Positions 18,085 to 28,326 are shown, counted from the stretch's first letter. The stretch: DNA of 64,000 bases from Candidatus Eiseniibacteriota bacterium (GCA_030595835.1 JAUVLG010000003.1:952-64951), one strand, 5' to 3'. The notes: generated from the sequence alone by a model not told the origin. Numbers and translations are program-made.

Positions 18085-18112
18085 AAAGGAGCCGCCCGAG
18101 GGCGGCTCCTTT
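18085..18112. terminator. Bidirectional intrinsic terminator between convergent genes (17147..18046 on the plus strand and 18206..19129 on the minus strand).
   Basis: The sequence is a perfect 13-bp stem (AAAGGAGCCGCCC) with a 2-nt loop (GA) (GGGCGGCTCCTTT). It is flanked by T-containing tails on both strands (tttcgcgtact on plus, tttcgcgattgcg on minus). Confidence 0.55.
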
Positions 18113-18205
18113 CGCGTACTGCGCTTGTCGCTTTCCGGCGGTTCGCTCGCGGCCGGCGGCGACATGACTCACCGCTGCCGGCAGCCAGTGTCGCGCTCCT
18201 ACTCC

Positions 18206-19129
18206 CTAGGAAGCAACACGGGGCGCCTTCCGTGGACTCGTCTTCCACCTCCTGTGCATCCAGAAGTAGTGGTCCGGATGCAGGCGGATGAGCCGTTCGA
18301 ACTCCGTCGTGTAACCCTGCGTGAAGATCCTGACCTTCTCGTCCAGCGGGAGATCTTCAGGAGGAGGCGCGACGGCCTTGCTGACGACTATCTCGTGCGC
18401 TCCGGCCGCCCCTCTCACAACGGAGGTCGGCAGGAGCGCCGCACCCGTGCCGGCGGCCATGCGCCCGGGGCCGTACGGCGTCGAGGCCGGCTTCCCCAGG
18501 AAGTTGACGAAGACCCCCTTCTTCCCCGCGTCCTGATCCGACAGCATCGCGACGACCCTGTTCCGCCGCAGGGCGCGCAGGACGCCCATGAGATTGCCCG
18601 TCACCGGGACGATCTCCACGCCGAACCGACCCCGCAGCCGGTTCATGAGACCGTCGACGAGGATGTTGTGCTGCTCTCCCACCAGAAGCGTCAGGGGATA
18701 ACCCCGCCGGGCAAGCGTGCTCAAAACCTCCCAGTTCCCGAAGTGGCCGGCAACGAGTATGGCTCCCTTGCCCTCGGCAAGCGCCGCATCAAGGTGCTCG
18801 CCTCCAGTGAGGGTGATGAGCCTCTCGACGTCGCGCTCCGTCAGTCGTGGGAAGCGGGCGTACTCGAACGTCATGCGTCCGAAGTTCCTGTAAGACTCGC
18901 GCGCGATCGCAAGGAGCCCGCCACGATCGAACCGGTCCCCGAAGACCCGCTCAAGATGTCTCATGGTAACGTCGCGCCGCAGCTTGAGGACCGTGAAGGC
19001 GAAGCTACCGAGAGAGCCCCCGACGGCCCGCGCCGCTCCGGCAGGAAGCGCACAGATGATCGCCTGGACGGCCCGCGCCACGCCGTACTCGAGCCTGTGC
19101 TGGAACGTGGTCTTTCTGTTCCTCGACAT
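18206..19129 (-). CDS. lpxL: Lipid A biosynthesis late (lauroyl/myristoyl) acyltransferase, LpxL/HtrB family.
   Basis: ILVAGHFGNWEVL contains the HX4D-like acyltransferase motif, and ALPAGAARAVGGSLG is the typical N-terminal region. The start is ATG at 19129 (MSRNRK) with GAGGGG upstream; the longer track ORF is probably an over-extension. Confidence 0.75.
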   Translation of the reverse strand: MSRNRKTTFQHRLEYGVARAVQAIICALPAGAARAVGGSLGSFAFTVLKLRRDVTMRHLERVFGDRFDRGGLLAIARESYRNFGRMTFEYARFPRLTERDVERLITLTGGEHLDAALAEGKGAILVAGHFGNWEVLSTLARRGYPLTLLVGEQHNILVDGLMNRLRGRFGVEIVPVTGNLMGVLRALRRNRVVAMLSDQDAGKKGVFVNFLGKPASTPYGPGRMAAGTGAALLPTSVVRGAAGAHEIVVSKAVAPPPEDLPLDEKVRIFTQGYTTEFERLIRLHPDHYFWMHRRWKTSPRKAPRVAS

Positions 19130-19218
19130 CGCCACCCCTCGGGCACGAACTGCTGGAATCCTGACCCGCCACGCGAAGCCTGAGCGAACCCGTTCAGCGC
19201 CGCCCATCTCCACCTTCG

Positions 19219-20361
19219 TCAGACGAACTTGCGGGCCAACCAGGAGAACTTGATCTCCACTGCGTCCTCCGGACACACCTCATGACAGCACAGGCACTCG
19301 ACACACTTCTTCCGATCAACGACGGGACCCGTCTCGGTCATCTCGATCGCATCTGCCGGACAGCTCCTCACGCACAGCGCGCAGGCTTCGGCACGACATC
19401 CGCGCTCCTTCGACATCTCGGGATAGATCCATATCCAGGGCCGGAGCGCCTTGACGAGGGGGCCCGGGAGCAGGTTGAGCAGCGTGGTCCCCGGCAGCTT
19501 GAAGCCCTCGAGGTCGAAGCTTGCGGGGTCCTCGCCCACGATCTCGATGTCTTCCCGCCTAGCGGTCCCGAGACCCCTTGCGGCGGCGAAGCGAGTGGTG
19601 GACACAGCCCCGTCCCGGAACCCTATCATCCCGGCAACGATGGTGTCGACGGCCACGGCGTCCGTGCCGCCCACGATGGCCCCGACCTGCCTCGGACTGC
19701 CGCCGGAGGGACCGTTCCCCTCCATGGCCACGACGGCATCCATGATGTGAAGCCTGGGCTGAACCAGGGAGTAAACATCCACGAGGTGCTTGCTGAACGG
19801 CACGGGCCGCGGTGCGAAGTTGTGCAGGCGGCCCTTCGCAAACCCCGGTATCACGCCGAACATGTTCTTGATGCACCCGGTGTAGAGCGTGAGCACGTGA
19901 GTCTTCATCTTTGGAAGGCTGATGATCGCGTCGGCTTCGAGCACGGGCCGGGCTATCAGATATGATCTGAGCTGACCTGCGACGTCTCTGGCCCCGGACG
20001 CCTCGAAGTTGACGATGGGCGTACCGGTTCGCTCGGACAGGTCCTTGAGCCCCGTGTTCCGCCACACGCGCTCGATCCCGCGAAGCGCACCTCCCGGGCT
20101 GTCGCCCATCGAGGGCTCACCGCCCGCTTCTCTGACCGCCCCGATGACCGCCTCGATCACCGCGGGGTGTGTGGTTATCGCCCGGTCGGGGTCCTTCGCG
20201 GCGAGGAGGTTCGGCTTGAGCAAGACCTTCTCCCCGGGCGAGATGAACCGGGACATGCCCCCCAGGTGATCGAGAACCTCATTGACGGCTCTCGACACGT
20301 CGCGGAGATCATAGGTCGCGCATCTCGCTATGGCCACCGTCGCTTTTCGGTCTGCGCCCAT
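19219..20361 (-). CDS. DUF362-domain protein with a C-terminal 2x[4Fe-4S] ferredoxin domain.
   Basis: The N-terminus VAIARCATYD is the typical DUF362 start. The C-terminus has CALCVRSCP and CVECLCCHEVCP. Confidence 0.75.
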   Translation of the reverse strand: MGADRKATVAIARCATYDLRDVSRAVNEVLDHLGGMSRFISPGEKVLLKPNLLAAKDPDRAITTHPAVIEAVIGAVREAGGEPSMGDSPGGALRGIERVWRNTGLKDLSERTGTPIVNFEASGARDVAGQLRSYLIARPVLEADAIISLPKMKTHVLTLYTGCIKNMFGVIPGFAKGRLHNFAPRPVPFSKHLVDVYSLVQPRLHIMDAVVAMEGNGPSGGSPRQVGAIVGGTDAVAVDTIVAGMIGFRDGAVSTTRFAAARGLGTARREDIEIVGEDPASFDLEGFKLPGTTLLNLLPGPLVKALRPWIWIYPEMSKERGCRAEACALCVRSCPADAIEMTETGPVVDRKKCVECLCCHEVCPEDAVEIKFSWLARKFV

Positions 20362-20380
20362 CGCTCTTCCTTTTGCAGGC

Positions 20381-21601
20381 TCAGGATCTCTTCACTCCCG
20401 GCGCGCGACATCTCTCTCCCACGACGAAGCGCCCGCCAGGAGACGACTGAGCCTCGCCGGCCAGCTCCAGCTTCAGAAGCGCCGACAGTACCGCCGCCAC
20501 GGGCGCCCCCGTTCCCGCCACGAGCTCATCGACCGAGACCGGCGTAAGCGAAAGCAGTGACAGCACCCGGCGGCGCAGCGGAACAGTCCCGCCCCGGTCC
20601 TCCGACGCCGCGTCGCGACCGACGCCCGACGGCGGCCGCTCTCCGGCAGCCACCGCGCGACACGCCGCATCAGGAGAGCCCCCGCAACCGGTGCTCCTCC
20701 AGTCCGGCCTCGCCACCGGAAACGGTCCCCACGCCCGTTCGAGCTCGTCGAGCACGTCTCCCGCGTCCTCCGTGAGCTTCGCTCCCGCCTTTATCAGTCG
20801 ATTGGGCCCCGCGGACAACGGCTCGTCCACAGGCCCGGGGACGGCGAAGACCTCTCTCCCCTGTTCGAGCGCCCGCGCGGCCGTTATGAGGGCCCCGCTC
20901 CTCGCGGCGGCCTCCACCACGACAACTCCCACGGACAGACCCGAGATGATGCGGTTGCGTCTCGGGAAACATCCCGGCCTCGGCTCCGACAGCATCGGGA
21001 ACTCGCTTACCAGAGAACCGCTCGCCGCGATGTCATGAGCGAGCCCCGCGTTCTCCAGAGGATACACGCAGGCCAGCCCACAGCCCAGGACCGCGACGGT
21101 CCGTCCTCCGGCATCGAGTGCTCCCTCGTGCGCCCTCGTATCCACACCGCGCGCGAGTCCACTGACCACGGTCAGCCCCGACCGGACAAGATCGGCCGCG
21201 AGCTCCGTGGCGACCGCGGCTCCGCGCGGCGTCGGTGTCCTTGTGCCGACCACGCCGATCATGGGCGCCAAACCACCCAGGGTCTCTCCTGACACGAAGA
21301 TACCGACCGGAGCACGCGCGACCTCCAGCAGGATATCCGGGTAATCGTCGTCCCCCGGGAGGGCGAACCGGGCCCTGGCCCGCCGGGCCAGCTCCAGTTC
21401 CGCCACCCAGAGCCGTCGCGAGACACTGCTCCTCACGGCGGCCGCGATCCGCGCGGGGACCAGCCCCGTCAGGATCGCACCACCGTCTATGGCCGTGACC
21501 GCTCCCAGATACGACCCGAAGGCCCGATGCAGCCGTGCTGCGATCGCCGGGCCCACGCCGTGCGTCAACGCGAGCGCCATGGTGGCCTCCCGTTCAGTCA
21601 C
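20381..21601 (-). CDS. dprA: DNA-processing protein A (Smf/DprA).
   Basis: The protein has the Rossmann-like DprA core (GVVGTRTPTPRG...GLARGVDTRAHEGAL...AVLGCGL...SEFP...RNRIISGLS) and a C-terminal winged-helix-like tail. Confidence 0.85.
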   Translation of the reverse strand: MTEREATMALALTHGVGPAIAARLHRAFGSYLGAVTAIDGGAILTGLVPARIAAAVRSSVSRRLWVAELELARRARARFALPGDDDYPDILLEVARAPVGIFVSGETLGGLAPMIGVVGTRTPTPRGAAVATELAADLVRSGLTVVSGLARGVDTRAHEGALDAGGRTVAVLGCGLACVYPLENAGLAHDIAASGSLVSEFPMLSEPRPGCFPRRNRIISGLSVGVVVVEAAARSGALITAARALEQGREVFAVPGPVDEPLSAGPNRLIKAGAKLTEDAGDVLDELERAWGPFPVARPDWRSTGCGGSPDAACRAVAAGERPPSGVGRDAASEDRGGTVPLRRRVLSLLSLTPVSVDELVAGTGAPVAAVLSALLKLELAGEAQSSPGGRFVVGERCRAPGVKRS

Positions 21602-21702
21602 CCGTCACCACCACCCTACCACAGGGGAACCCACCGGTCGGGTCGATTCGACCACGACCACGTTCGTGCGCGGACCCCACGACCGCGGGGCCCGCCGGTC
21701 CC

Positions 21703-22683
21703 TCACTCCTCCATATCGGCGAGAACTGCAACCAGAGCGTGAGTCAGCCCGTCCAGACCTTTGCCGCTCATCGCCGAGACCTGGTGTATCTCCTCCCCAC
21801 CGAAGCCGGCCATGGGCGCCGCCCCATCGGGGAAGAGGTCGATCTTGTTGAGGGCTACGATCCTGGGCTTCTCGGAGAGCCCCTCTCCGTAGCTCTCGAG
21901 CTCACCGAGCAGCGTCCGGTAGTCCTCCTCCAGCGTCTCGCTCGATGAATCGAGGAGGATCACGAGGACCCTCGTCCGCTCGATGTGTCGGAGGAACCTG
22001 TGGCCGAGTCCCCTGCCCTCGTGAGCACCCTCTATGAGACCCGGGAGATCGGCCATCACAAAGCTGTCGGCGGAACCGTGCCCGACGATACCGAGCACGG
22101 GACTGAGTGTCGTGAAGGGGAAGTCGCCTATCTTGGGTCTCGCGGCCGACACTCGCGACAGAAGCGTCGACTTGCCTGCACTCGGCAGACCGACGAGCCC
22201 GACGTCGGCGAGCAGCTTGAGCTCGAGCTCGATCACGAGCTCCGCCCCGGGCCTGCCGCCCTCGCAGTGCCGGGGCGCCTGCTCGACGGGAGTCGCGAAT
22301 CGAGCGTTACCTCTCCCGCCGCGGCCACCCTTCGCAACCACGAACCTCGCGCCGTCCTCTTCGAGGTCTGCCAGCACGTCCCCGGATTCGTGGTCCTTGA
22401 TTATGGTCCCCGGCGGGACCAGGAGCACGATGTCCTCCCCGTCCCTGCCGCGCTTGTTCGCCCCGATCCCGTTTCTGCCCTTCTGTGCCTTGTAGTGCTT
22501 CCTGTAGCGGAAGTCGAGCAGCGAGGAAAGACCGCGCGCGGCCACGAACACAACGCTCCCGCCGTGCCCGCCGTCTCCGCCGTTCGGTCCGCCACGCGGC
22601 ACGAACTTCTCTCTGCGGAAGCTGCAGCAGCCGTTCCCGCCGTCGCCGCCTCTGACCTCTATCTTTGCATAGTCTATGAGCAT
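21703..22683 (-). CDS. obg: GTPase Obg/CgtA.
   Basis: MLIDYAKIEVRGGDGGNGCCSFRREKFVPRGGPNGGDGGHGG is the Obg-fold glycine-rich N-terminus. GLPSAGKST, DLPGLIEGA and NKID are the G motifs. Confidence 0.95.
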   Translation of the reverse strand: MLIDYAKIEVRGGDGGNGCCSFRREKFVPRGGPNGGDGGHGGSVVFVAARGLSSLLDFRYRKHYKAQKGRNGIGANKRGRDGEDIVLLVPPGTIIKDHESGDVLADLEEDGARFVVAKGGRGGRGNARFATPVEQAPRHCEGGRPGAELVIELELKLLADVGLVGLPSAGKSTLLSRVSAARPKIGDFPFTTLSPVLGIVGHGSADSFVMADLPGLIEGAHEGRGLGHRFLRHIERTRVLVILLDSSSETLEEDYRTLLGELESYGEGLSEKPRIVALNKIDLFPDGAAPMAGFGGEEIHQVSAMSGKGLDGLTHALVAVLADMEE

Positions 22684-24155
22684 CGCTCGGCCTCAGTTCT
22701 GGGCGTCGCGTCCCCGTCGAGGTCACGCCACCACGGGTTCGGACGATCCGTCAGGATTTTCTCCGGGTTCATGGCACCCGTCGGGTCGAGCGCACGCTTG
22801 ACCGCCGCCGTCACGCGGAGCGCGGACTCGCCCAGTTCGTCGGCGAGGTGGTCGGCCTTCGTGATGCCGATCCCATGTTCACCGGACAGTGTGCCGCCCA
22901 TCTTGAGCGCCGCATCGAAGAGCAGGCCAACCGCGTCGCGCGCCGCACGCATCTGATCCAGGTCGCTACGGTCCAGCATGATGTTCACGTGGAGGTTGCC
23001 GTCCCCGGCGTGGCCGAACGCCAGTATCGGCAGTCCCGTCGAGGCCGAGATCTCGTGCATCCTCCGAACGAACGTGGGTATGGCGCTTCTCGGCACGGCG
23101 ATGTCCTCGTTGATCTTGCCCGTTGCGAGCCTGGCAAGCGAGGGGGAGATCGAGCGCCGGATCTCCCATATCTCATCCCGTTCCAGGTCGTCGGTCGCCT
23201 CACGGCAGCTCAGGGCCCCGCTCGCCGCCAGCTGGTCCCGAAGTCGCTCCGTCGACTCGGCCACGGCCGTATGGTCACCCTCGAGTTCGATCAGAAGGGC
23301 CCCTTCCGGAACCGAGTCCGGCCTCTCCCCCTGGACGTACTCCATCGCGCATGCCAGGGTCTCGCGGTCCAGTATCTCAAGTACCGCCACCGGCAGTCCG
23401 GAGGCCGTGACGGCCGCGACCGCGGCCGCGGCCTGGGTGAGTGAGGGGAATTCCGCCCAGAATGTGGCGTAGCTCTGAGGCCTGTCGCTCAGCCTCAGGG
23501 CCGCCTTCGTCACCACGGCGAGCGTGCCTTCGGACGCAACCACGAGTGACGCGGGATCCCACGAGATGCCCCGGCTGCCCGCGAGGAGACCAGTCGAAAC
23601 GACTGAGCCATCGGCGAGTACGAGCTCGAGACCGACGACGTAGTCCCGCGTCGTTCCATGCAGGACCGTCCGGGGACCTCCCGCGCCCTCCGCGATGTTC
23701 CCGCCTATTGTGGAGATCAGGAGGCTCGCGGGGTCAGGAGGGTAATAGAGCCCGGCCGCCTCGGCCGCCTCCCTGAGATCGTTGTTGATCACACCGGGCT
23801 CGACGACGGCGACCCTCCTGCCGACGTCGATCCCGAGCACGCGGTTCATACCCTCAAACGACAGGACGATGCCCCCGGCCAGGGGGACGCTCCCACCGGT
23901 GTAACCGGTTCCGGCCCCTCTCGCCGTCACCGGGAGCGAGGCCGCGCCCGCCACGCGAACGACCTCGGACACCTCGCTCGTGGACCGGGGCCAGACGACC
24001 ACATCAGGGAGCGAGCGCAGGTCCGTCGCGTCGAACGAGTAACAGATCCGGTCCTCAAGAGCGAAGGAGAGCGAGCCCCCCACCGCGCTGGAGAGCGCCC
24101 GGACGGTCGCCCGGTCAAGCACCGACCGATCATTCTCTCTTGTTGACGGTGACAA
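22674..24155 (-). CDS. FAD-linked oxidase (GlcD / D-lactate dehydrogenase family; FAD_binding_4 plus FAD-oxidase C-terminal domains).
   Basis: VVWPRSTSEVSEVVRVA...ARGAGTGYTGG is the FAD-binding PCMH motif, and the C-terminal HAGDGNLH is the conserved motif. It overlaps obg by 10 nt. Confidence 0.85.
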   Translation of the reverse strand: MSPSTRENDRSVLDRATVRALSSAVGGSLSFALEDRICYSFDATDLRSLPDVVVWPRSTSEVSEVVRVAGAASLPVTARGAGTGYTGGSVPLAGGIVLSFEGMNRVLGIDVGRRVAVVEPGVINNDLREAAEAAGLYYPPDPASLLISTIGGNIAEGAGGPRTVLHGTTRDYVVGLELVLADGSVVSTGLLAGSRGISWDPASLVVASEGTLAVVTKAALRLSDRPQSYATFWAEFPSLTQAAAAVAAVTASGLPVAVLEILDRETLACAMEYVQGERPDSVPEGALLIELEGDHTAVAESTERLRDQLAASGALSCREATDDLERDEIWEIRRSISPSLARLATGKINEDIAVPRSAIPTFVRRMHEISASTGLPILAFGHAGDGNLHVNIMLDRSDLDQMRAARDAVGLLFDAALKMGGTLSGEHGIGITKADHLADELGESALRVTAAVKRALDPTGAMNPEKILTDRPNPWWRDLDGDATPRTEAERCS

Positions 24156-24204
24156 TGTGCCTCCGGCGCCGCCCGGGCGTTCTGATGGAAGCGTCTGCTG
24201 TTCG

Positions 24205-24687
24205 CTAGCTCGACCCGCGCTTCTCGCTCAGTGCGCGAATGACGGCCTCGGGCGCCAGTCCGTCGACGTCACCGTCCAGAAGAGCCACTTCTTTCATGAC
24301 GGTCGAATCCAGGTAGATGAAACTCAGGCTCGGCATCAGGAACACGGTCTCGATCTCGCGCGCGAGGCGTCTGTTCATCAGAGCCATCTGGAACTCGTAC
24401 TCGAAGTCGGAGACCTGTCTTAGCCCCCTGAGGATCGCGACCGCTCCGGTCTCGTTGACGGTGTCGATGAGGAGCCCGTCAAAGGGAATCACCTCGACGT
24501 TCCCCATGTCCTTCACGGCGTCCCTCAGGAACCCGACCCTCTCGGTAACCGAGAACATCGGAGACTTGTCGCGCCCGGTTCCCACTGCAACGACCACTCC
24601 ATCAAACAACCGGAGCGCCCGCTTGACGAGATCGAGGTGGCCGTTCGTCACCGGATCGAACGTACCTGGGTACAGCGCTCTCCTCAC
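24205..24687 (-). CDS. coaD: Phosphopantetheine adenylyltransferase.
   Basis: RRALYPGTFDPVTNGHLDLVKRA carries the T/HxGH motif, and the protein aligns with CoaD over its full length. Confidence 0.9.
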   Translation of the reverse strand: MRRALYPGTFDPVTNGHLDLVKRALRLFDGVVVAVGTGRDKSPMFSVTERVGFLRDAVKDMGNVEVIPFDGLLIDTVNETGAVAILRGLRQVSDFEYEFQMALMNRRLAREIETVFLMPSLSFIYLDSTVMKEVALLDGDVDGLAPEAVIRALSEKRGSS

Positions 24688-24711
24688 GTCTGCTCCTCCC
24701 GCCCCGCGCTC

Positions 24712-25263
24712 CTAGGCCCGGGTCTCGTAGAAGTCGACAGCAGTGCTTCCGTATCTCTTGGTTCTGTTCAGGCCGAGGCGCCCCACGGCCACGAGCGGAG
24801 CATCGGCCGACGCGCGCTCGACCACAACGATCGCCTCGTCCGCGAGGTTGCCTGCGTCAGCCAGAAGCTCGAGCGCCATAATGGCCAGACCCGACGAATA
24901 GGGCGGGTCGACGAACGCTATGTCGAACGGTCCGCCAGGCACGGCTCGCTTGAGAACGGCCAGCGCGTCACCCCTTATGAGCCTGCACCGGCCAGCCAGG
25001 CCGAGGCGCTCAACGTTCTCGCTGACCACACTCAGAACACGCTTGTCAATCTCGATGAACGTCGCGCGGTTCGAGCCTCGGGACAGGCTCTCGATACCGA
25101 GACTGCCGGATCCGGCGAAGAGGTCCAGAACGGCTGCCCCGTCAATGGCCGGCTCTATCATAGAGAACACCGACTCGCGCACCCGGTCGTACGTCGGGCG
25201 CACGGCACCTCCCGCCGGCGCCCGAATGACGGACCCTCTCAACCGGCCCGCGATCACCCTCAC
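24712..25263 (-). CDS. rsmD: 16S rRNA (guanine966-N2)-methyltransferase.
   Basis: MRVIAGRLRG..., LDLFAGSGSLGIE and DIAFVDPPY carry the DPPY catalytic motif. Confidence 0.85.
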   Translation of the reverse strand: MRVIAGRLRGSVIRAPAGGAVRPTYDRVRESVFSMIEPAIDGAAVLDLFAGSGSLGIESLSRGSNRATFIEIDKRVLSVVSENVERLGLAGRCRLIRGDALAVLKRAVPGGPFDIAFVDPPYSSGLAIMALELLADAGNLADEAIVVVERASADAPLVAVGRLGLNRTKRYGSTAVDFYETRA

Positions 25264-25288
25264 GAACGGACCCCCTCAGGCGCGAGTG

Positions 25289-26665
25289 TCACTCATCCTC
25301 CTCGTCGCCCCCCTCCATGCCGTAGCGCTGGAGCTTCCGGTAGAGAGTTGACGGGTTGATCCCAAGGATCTCCGCCGCGTTCTTCTTCTTCCAGCCGGTA
25401 TCCTCGAGTGTCTGCAGCAGGTATCGCCGCTCGAGTTCCTCCAGCGTCACGCCGGAGACCCCGAGTTCCCTCTGGGAGACGGTCTGGGCCCGCTTTCTGA
25501 GCCGCTCGGGGAAGATGGACACGTTGAGGCTCTCGGCCGTCACCTCGTCGCCGTCCTCTAGGATGATCGCGCGCTCGATGATATTCTCGAGTTCCCTCAC
25601 GTTCCCGGGCCAGTCGTAGCTCGCAAGGATCTCCATTGCGCCGTCAGACACGCGCTTGGCTCCGCCTGTGAACTTGTCCAGAAAGTACTCAACAAGGAGT
25701 GGTATGTCATCCCTGCGCTCCCTGAGCGGCGGGATGCTGATGGGTATCACGTTCAGCCTGTAGTACAGGTCCGGGCGGAACTTGCCTTCCTTGATCAACT
25801 GCTCGAGATCGGCGTTCGTAGCCGCGATCACGCGGACGTCGACACCGATCGGTTTCGTGCCACCGACGGGTACCACCTCCCGCTCCTGCAGCACGCGGAG
25901 AAGCTTCACCTGGATGGCGGTCGAGGTCTCACTGACCTCGTCCAGCATGAACGTCCCTCCCTCCGCGACGACGAAGAGCCCGCGCTTGTCCCTGATCGCC
26001 CCGGTGAAGGACCCCTTGACATGCCCGAAGAGCTCGCTCTCGAGAAGCGTCTCGGGAAGGGCGCCGCAGTTGATAGACACGAAGCGCTTGTCGGCCCTGG
26101 CGCTGCGCGCGTGTATGGCCCGCGCGACCAGCTCCTTCCCCGTGCCGCTCTCACCGTGAAGCAGCACCGTGCTGGAGGTCTTCGCCACGCGGTCAATGAG
26201 GTTGAACACCGACGCGACCCCAGCACTCTCCCCCACTATCTCCCTCTCACCCGTCGGATGAAGCGCTCGCTCCAGCTCGTTCTTCTCGTCCTTGAGCCGG
26301 CGCATCTCGAGGGCGGTTCTCACGACCTGCTTCAGCTCCTCGTTCGACACCGGCTTCAGAAGATAGTAGAAGGCGCCGATATTCAGAGCTTCTATCGCCG
26401 ACTCCTGTGAGGCGTGCCCGGTGATGATGATGACCGGGAGCGTGGGGTCCGACTCGCGGAGCGTCATGAGGATATCGAGCCCGCTCATACCCGGGAGCTG
26501 TATGTCGGTGATGACAACGTCGTACGACTTCTTCGAGTTCAGTTTGAGCGCTTTCTTGCCGTCCTCGCTCGCGGAGACCTCGTAGCCCTCACGCTCGAGC
26601 ATCATTGAGAGGTAGTCTCTGATGCTATCCTCATCGTCGATGATGAGTATCCTGCCCTCTGCCAT
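25289..26665 (-). CDS. Sigma-54-dependent two-component response regulator (NtrC family): REC, AAA+ and HTH domains.
   Basis: The REC domain includes DVVITDIQLPGMSG. GESGTGKE is the Walker A motif and ESELFGH includes the GAFTGA-like sigma-54 contact region. A C-terminal Fis-type HTH is present. Confidence 0.9.
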   Translation of the reverse strand: MAEGRILIIDDEDSIRDYLSMMLEREGYEVSASEDGKKALKLNSKKSYDVVITDIQLPGMSGLDILMTLRESDPTLPVIIITGHASQESAIEALNIGAFYYLLKPVSNEELKQVVRTALEMRRLKDEKNELERALHPTGEREIVGESAGVASVFNLIDRVAKTSSTVLLHGESGTGKELVARAIHARSARADKRFVSINCGALPETLLESELFGHVKGSFTGAIRDKRGLFVVAEGGTFMLDEVSETSTAIQVKLLRVLQEREVVPVGGTKPIGVDVRVIAATNADLEQLIKEGKFRPDLYYRLNVIPISIPPLRERRDDIPLLVEYFLDKFTGGAKRVSDGAMEILASYDWPGNVRELENIIERAIILEDGDEVTAESLNVSIFPERLRKRAQTVSQRELGVSGVTLEELERRYLLQTLEDTGWKKKNAAEILGINPSTLYRKLQRYGMEGGDEEDE

Positions 26666-26712
26666 CTGACACGTCCTTCCGCATTGTGTGTGCCCGAATC
26701 CGCCCGGGACCT

Positions 26713-28326
26713 TCAGCCCGGCAAGTACATGATGAACCTGCTGCCCTTGCCCGGTTCGCTTACGACCGCGATCCGTCCACCGTGCGCCTGGACGGTCTTG
26801 TCCACTATGGCCAGCCCCAGCCCGGTCCCGCCCTTCTTCGTGGTCCGAAACGGCTGGAACACCTCGTCCTTCCCGTCGGCCGGAATGCCGTGTCCGGTGT
26901 CCTCCACGATCAGAGCGACACCGCAGCCCGAACCGCCCGCGAGTCCGCGTGCGGCGAAGCCCGACTCCGGCACGACCGACAGACGGACCCGCCCCTCGCC
27001 CTCGATGGCCTCCAGAGCATTGATAGTCAGATTGAGGAGCGCCCGCCGGATCTGCTCCGCGTTGACCATCCCCTCGACCTCGTCCGTCACCTCAACGACG
27101 AGATCCGTTGTCGGCACCATCGCCGGATGCTGGCGGGCGATCTCGGCGACCTCCCGAACGAGCGCGTCGAGCCGTACGCTCTCGCGGTCGCTCGATTCCA
27201 TCCTACCGTACTGCAGCACATCCTGAAGGAGCGTATTGAGCCTGTCGGCCTCGCGCGAGACCAGCTCGATCAACCTGACCTCGTCACCCCGAGGCTCGAT
27301 GGTCTCCTTGAGCAGGTCTATCGACCCCTTGATAGCGTAGAGCGGATTTCGTATCTCGTGCGCGACGCCCGCCGCGAACTCACCCAGCGCGGAGAGACGG
27401 TCGTCGTGCCGGAGCCGCTCCTCCATGTGACGGGCCTCTGTCAGATCCTGGAAGATGGCGATGACTCCCCTGTCCTCACCCTCGACGCTCCTGAGTATCG
27501 AGGTGGAAAGACCCACGGGCGTGCTGCCGCCACCCCTTCGCTTAACGAAGAACTCCGCCCTCACCTCGGGACGACCGGCATCCAGCGCCGCCGCAATCCG
27601 TTCGCAGAACGCGGGCACGTCGGCGAAACCGAGCCTGTAATCCCTGCCTCTGGCCCCCTCCCCGGGAACCCCGAGGATCGCCTCCCCAGCCCTGTTCAGA
27701 TAGGCCACGGTGCCCTCGCTGTCAACAAGGACCAGCCCGCTGCTAATGCCGTCCAGGATGTCGGCGATGCGCAGCTCCGCCGTGTCGAGCTCCGACCGCG
27801 TGACCGTGAGCTTGTCCTCGCTCTCCCCAGCCTTCCGTGCGAGGTGTCCCTCGAGCAGTGCAACCAGCAGCAGCGAGATGAACAGCGTAGCGATCTCCGC
27901 CACGGCGCCCGACTCCATCAGGTAGCTCCAGGAGGACGGACCGGTCAGGGTCAGCACGATGTGCCCGGCCACGGCGCCTCCGGCCGCGGCCAAGCCGGCG
28001 CCCAGGCCAAGCCATCCGGCCGCGACGATCACCGGCAGGAAATACAGCAGTTTGAATGGGCTACCCAGCCCACCCGAGAAATAGGCCAGGAGCGTGATGA
28101 AGATGACGTCGACGGCGCACTGCACGAGCATGAGCAGCCGGGGGCGACCGCCCGACGCGTGCCAGAGCAGATACACAACGGTGAGTGCGGCGGCGATGAC
28201 GCCGAGGATCACTATGGCGAAACGCCCTACGTCCGAGCCGCCGATCAGAGCGGTCAGAACGATGACGACGACCACGAGCAGTCTGGCTACGATGACTGTC
28301 TTGGTCCGTGGGAAGCTCTCTCTCAC
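26713..28326 (-). CDS. Multi-pass membrane sensor histidine kinase (NtrB-like; transmembrane segments, PAS, HisKA and HATPase domains).
   Basis: HEIRNPLYAI is the H-box and DTGHGIPADGKDEVFQPFRTTK...GTGLGLAIV are the N/G boxes. The start is probably GTG at 28326, with a GGAGGA Shine-Dalgarno sequence 6 nt upstream. The Arg-rich N-terminus of the track ORF overlaps comEA and is probably not translated. Confidence 0.85.
   Translation of the reverse strand: MRESFPRTKTVIVARLLVVVVIVLTALIGGSDVGRFAIVILGVIAAALTVVYLLWHASGGRPRLLMLVQCAVDVIFITLLAYFSGGLGSPFKLLYFLPVIVAAGWLGLGAGLAAAGGAVAGHIVLTLTGPSSWSYLMESGAVAEIATLFISLLLVALLEGHLARKAGESEDKLTVTRSELDTAELRIADILDGISSGLVLVDSEGTVAYLNRAGEAILGVPGEGARGRDYRLGFADVPAFCERIAAALDAGRPEVRAEFFVKRRGGGSTPVGLSTSILRSVEGEDRGVIAIFQDLTEARHMEERLRHDDRLSALGEFAAGVAHEIRNPLYAIKGSIDLLKETIEPRGDEVRLIELVSREADRLNTLLQDVLQYGRMESSDRESVRLDALVREVAEIARQHPAMVPTTDLVVEVTDEVEGMVNAEQIRRALLNLTINALEAIEGEGRVRLSVVPESGFAARGLAGGSGCGVALIVEDTGHGIPADGKDEVFQPFRTTKKGGTGLGLAIVDKTVQAHGGRIAVVSEPGKGSRFIMYLPG

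Noticed and set aside
15151-18088. 12-mer CGCAATCGCGAA occurs at both candidate terminator sites (15151-15162 and 18076-18087).
   Set aside because: Chance recurrence of a 12-mer is expected several times in 64 kb of biased-composition DNA. Two copies are insufficient to call a motif.
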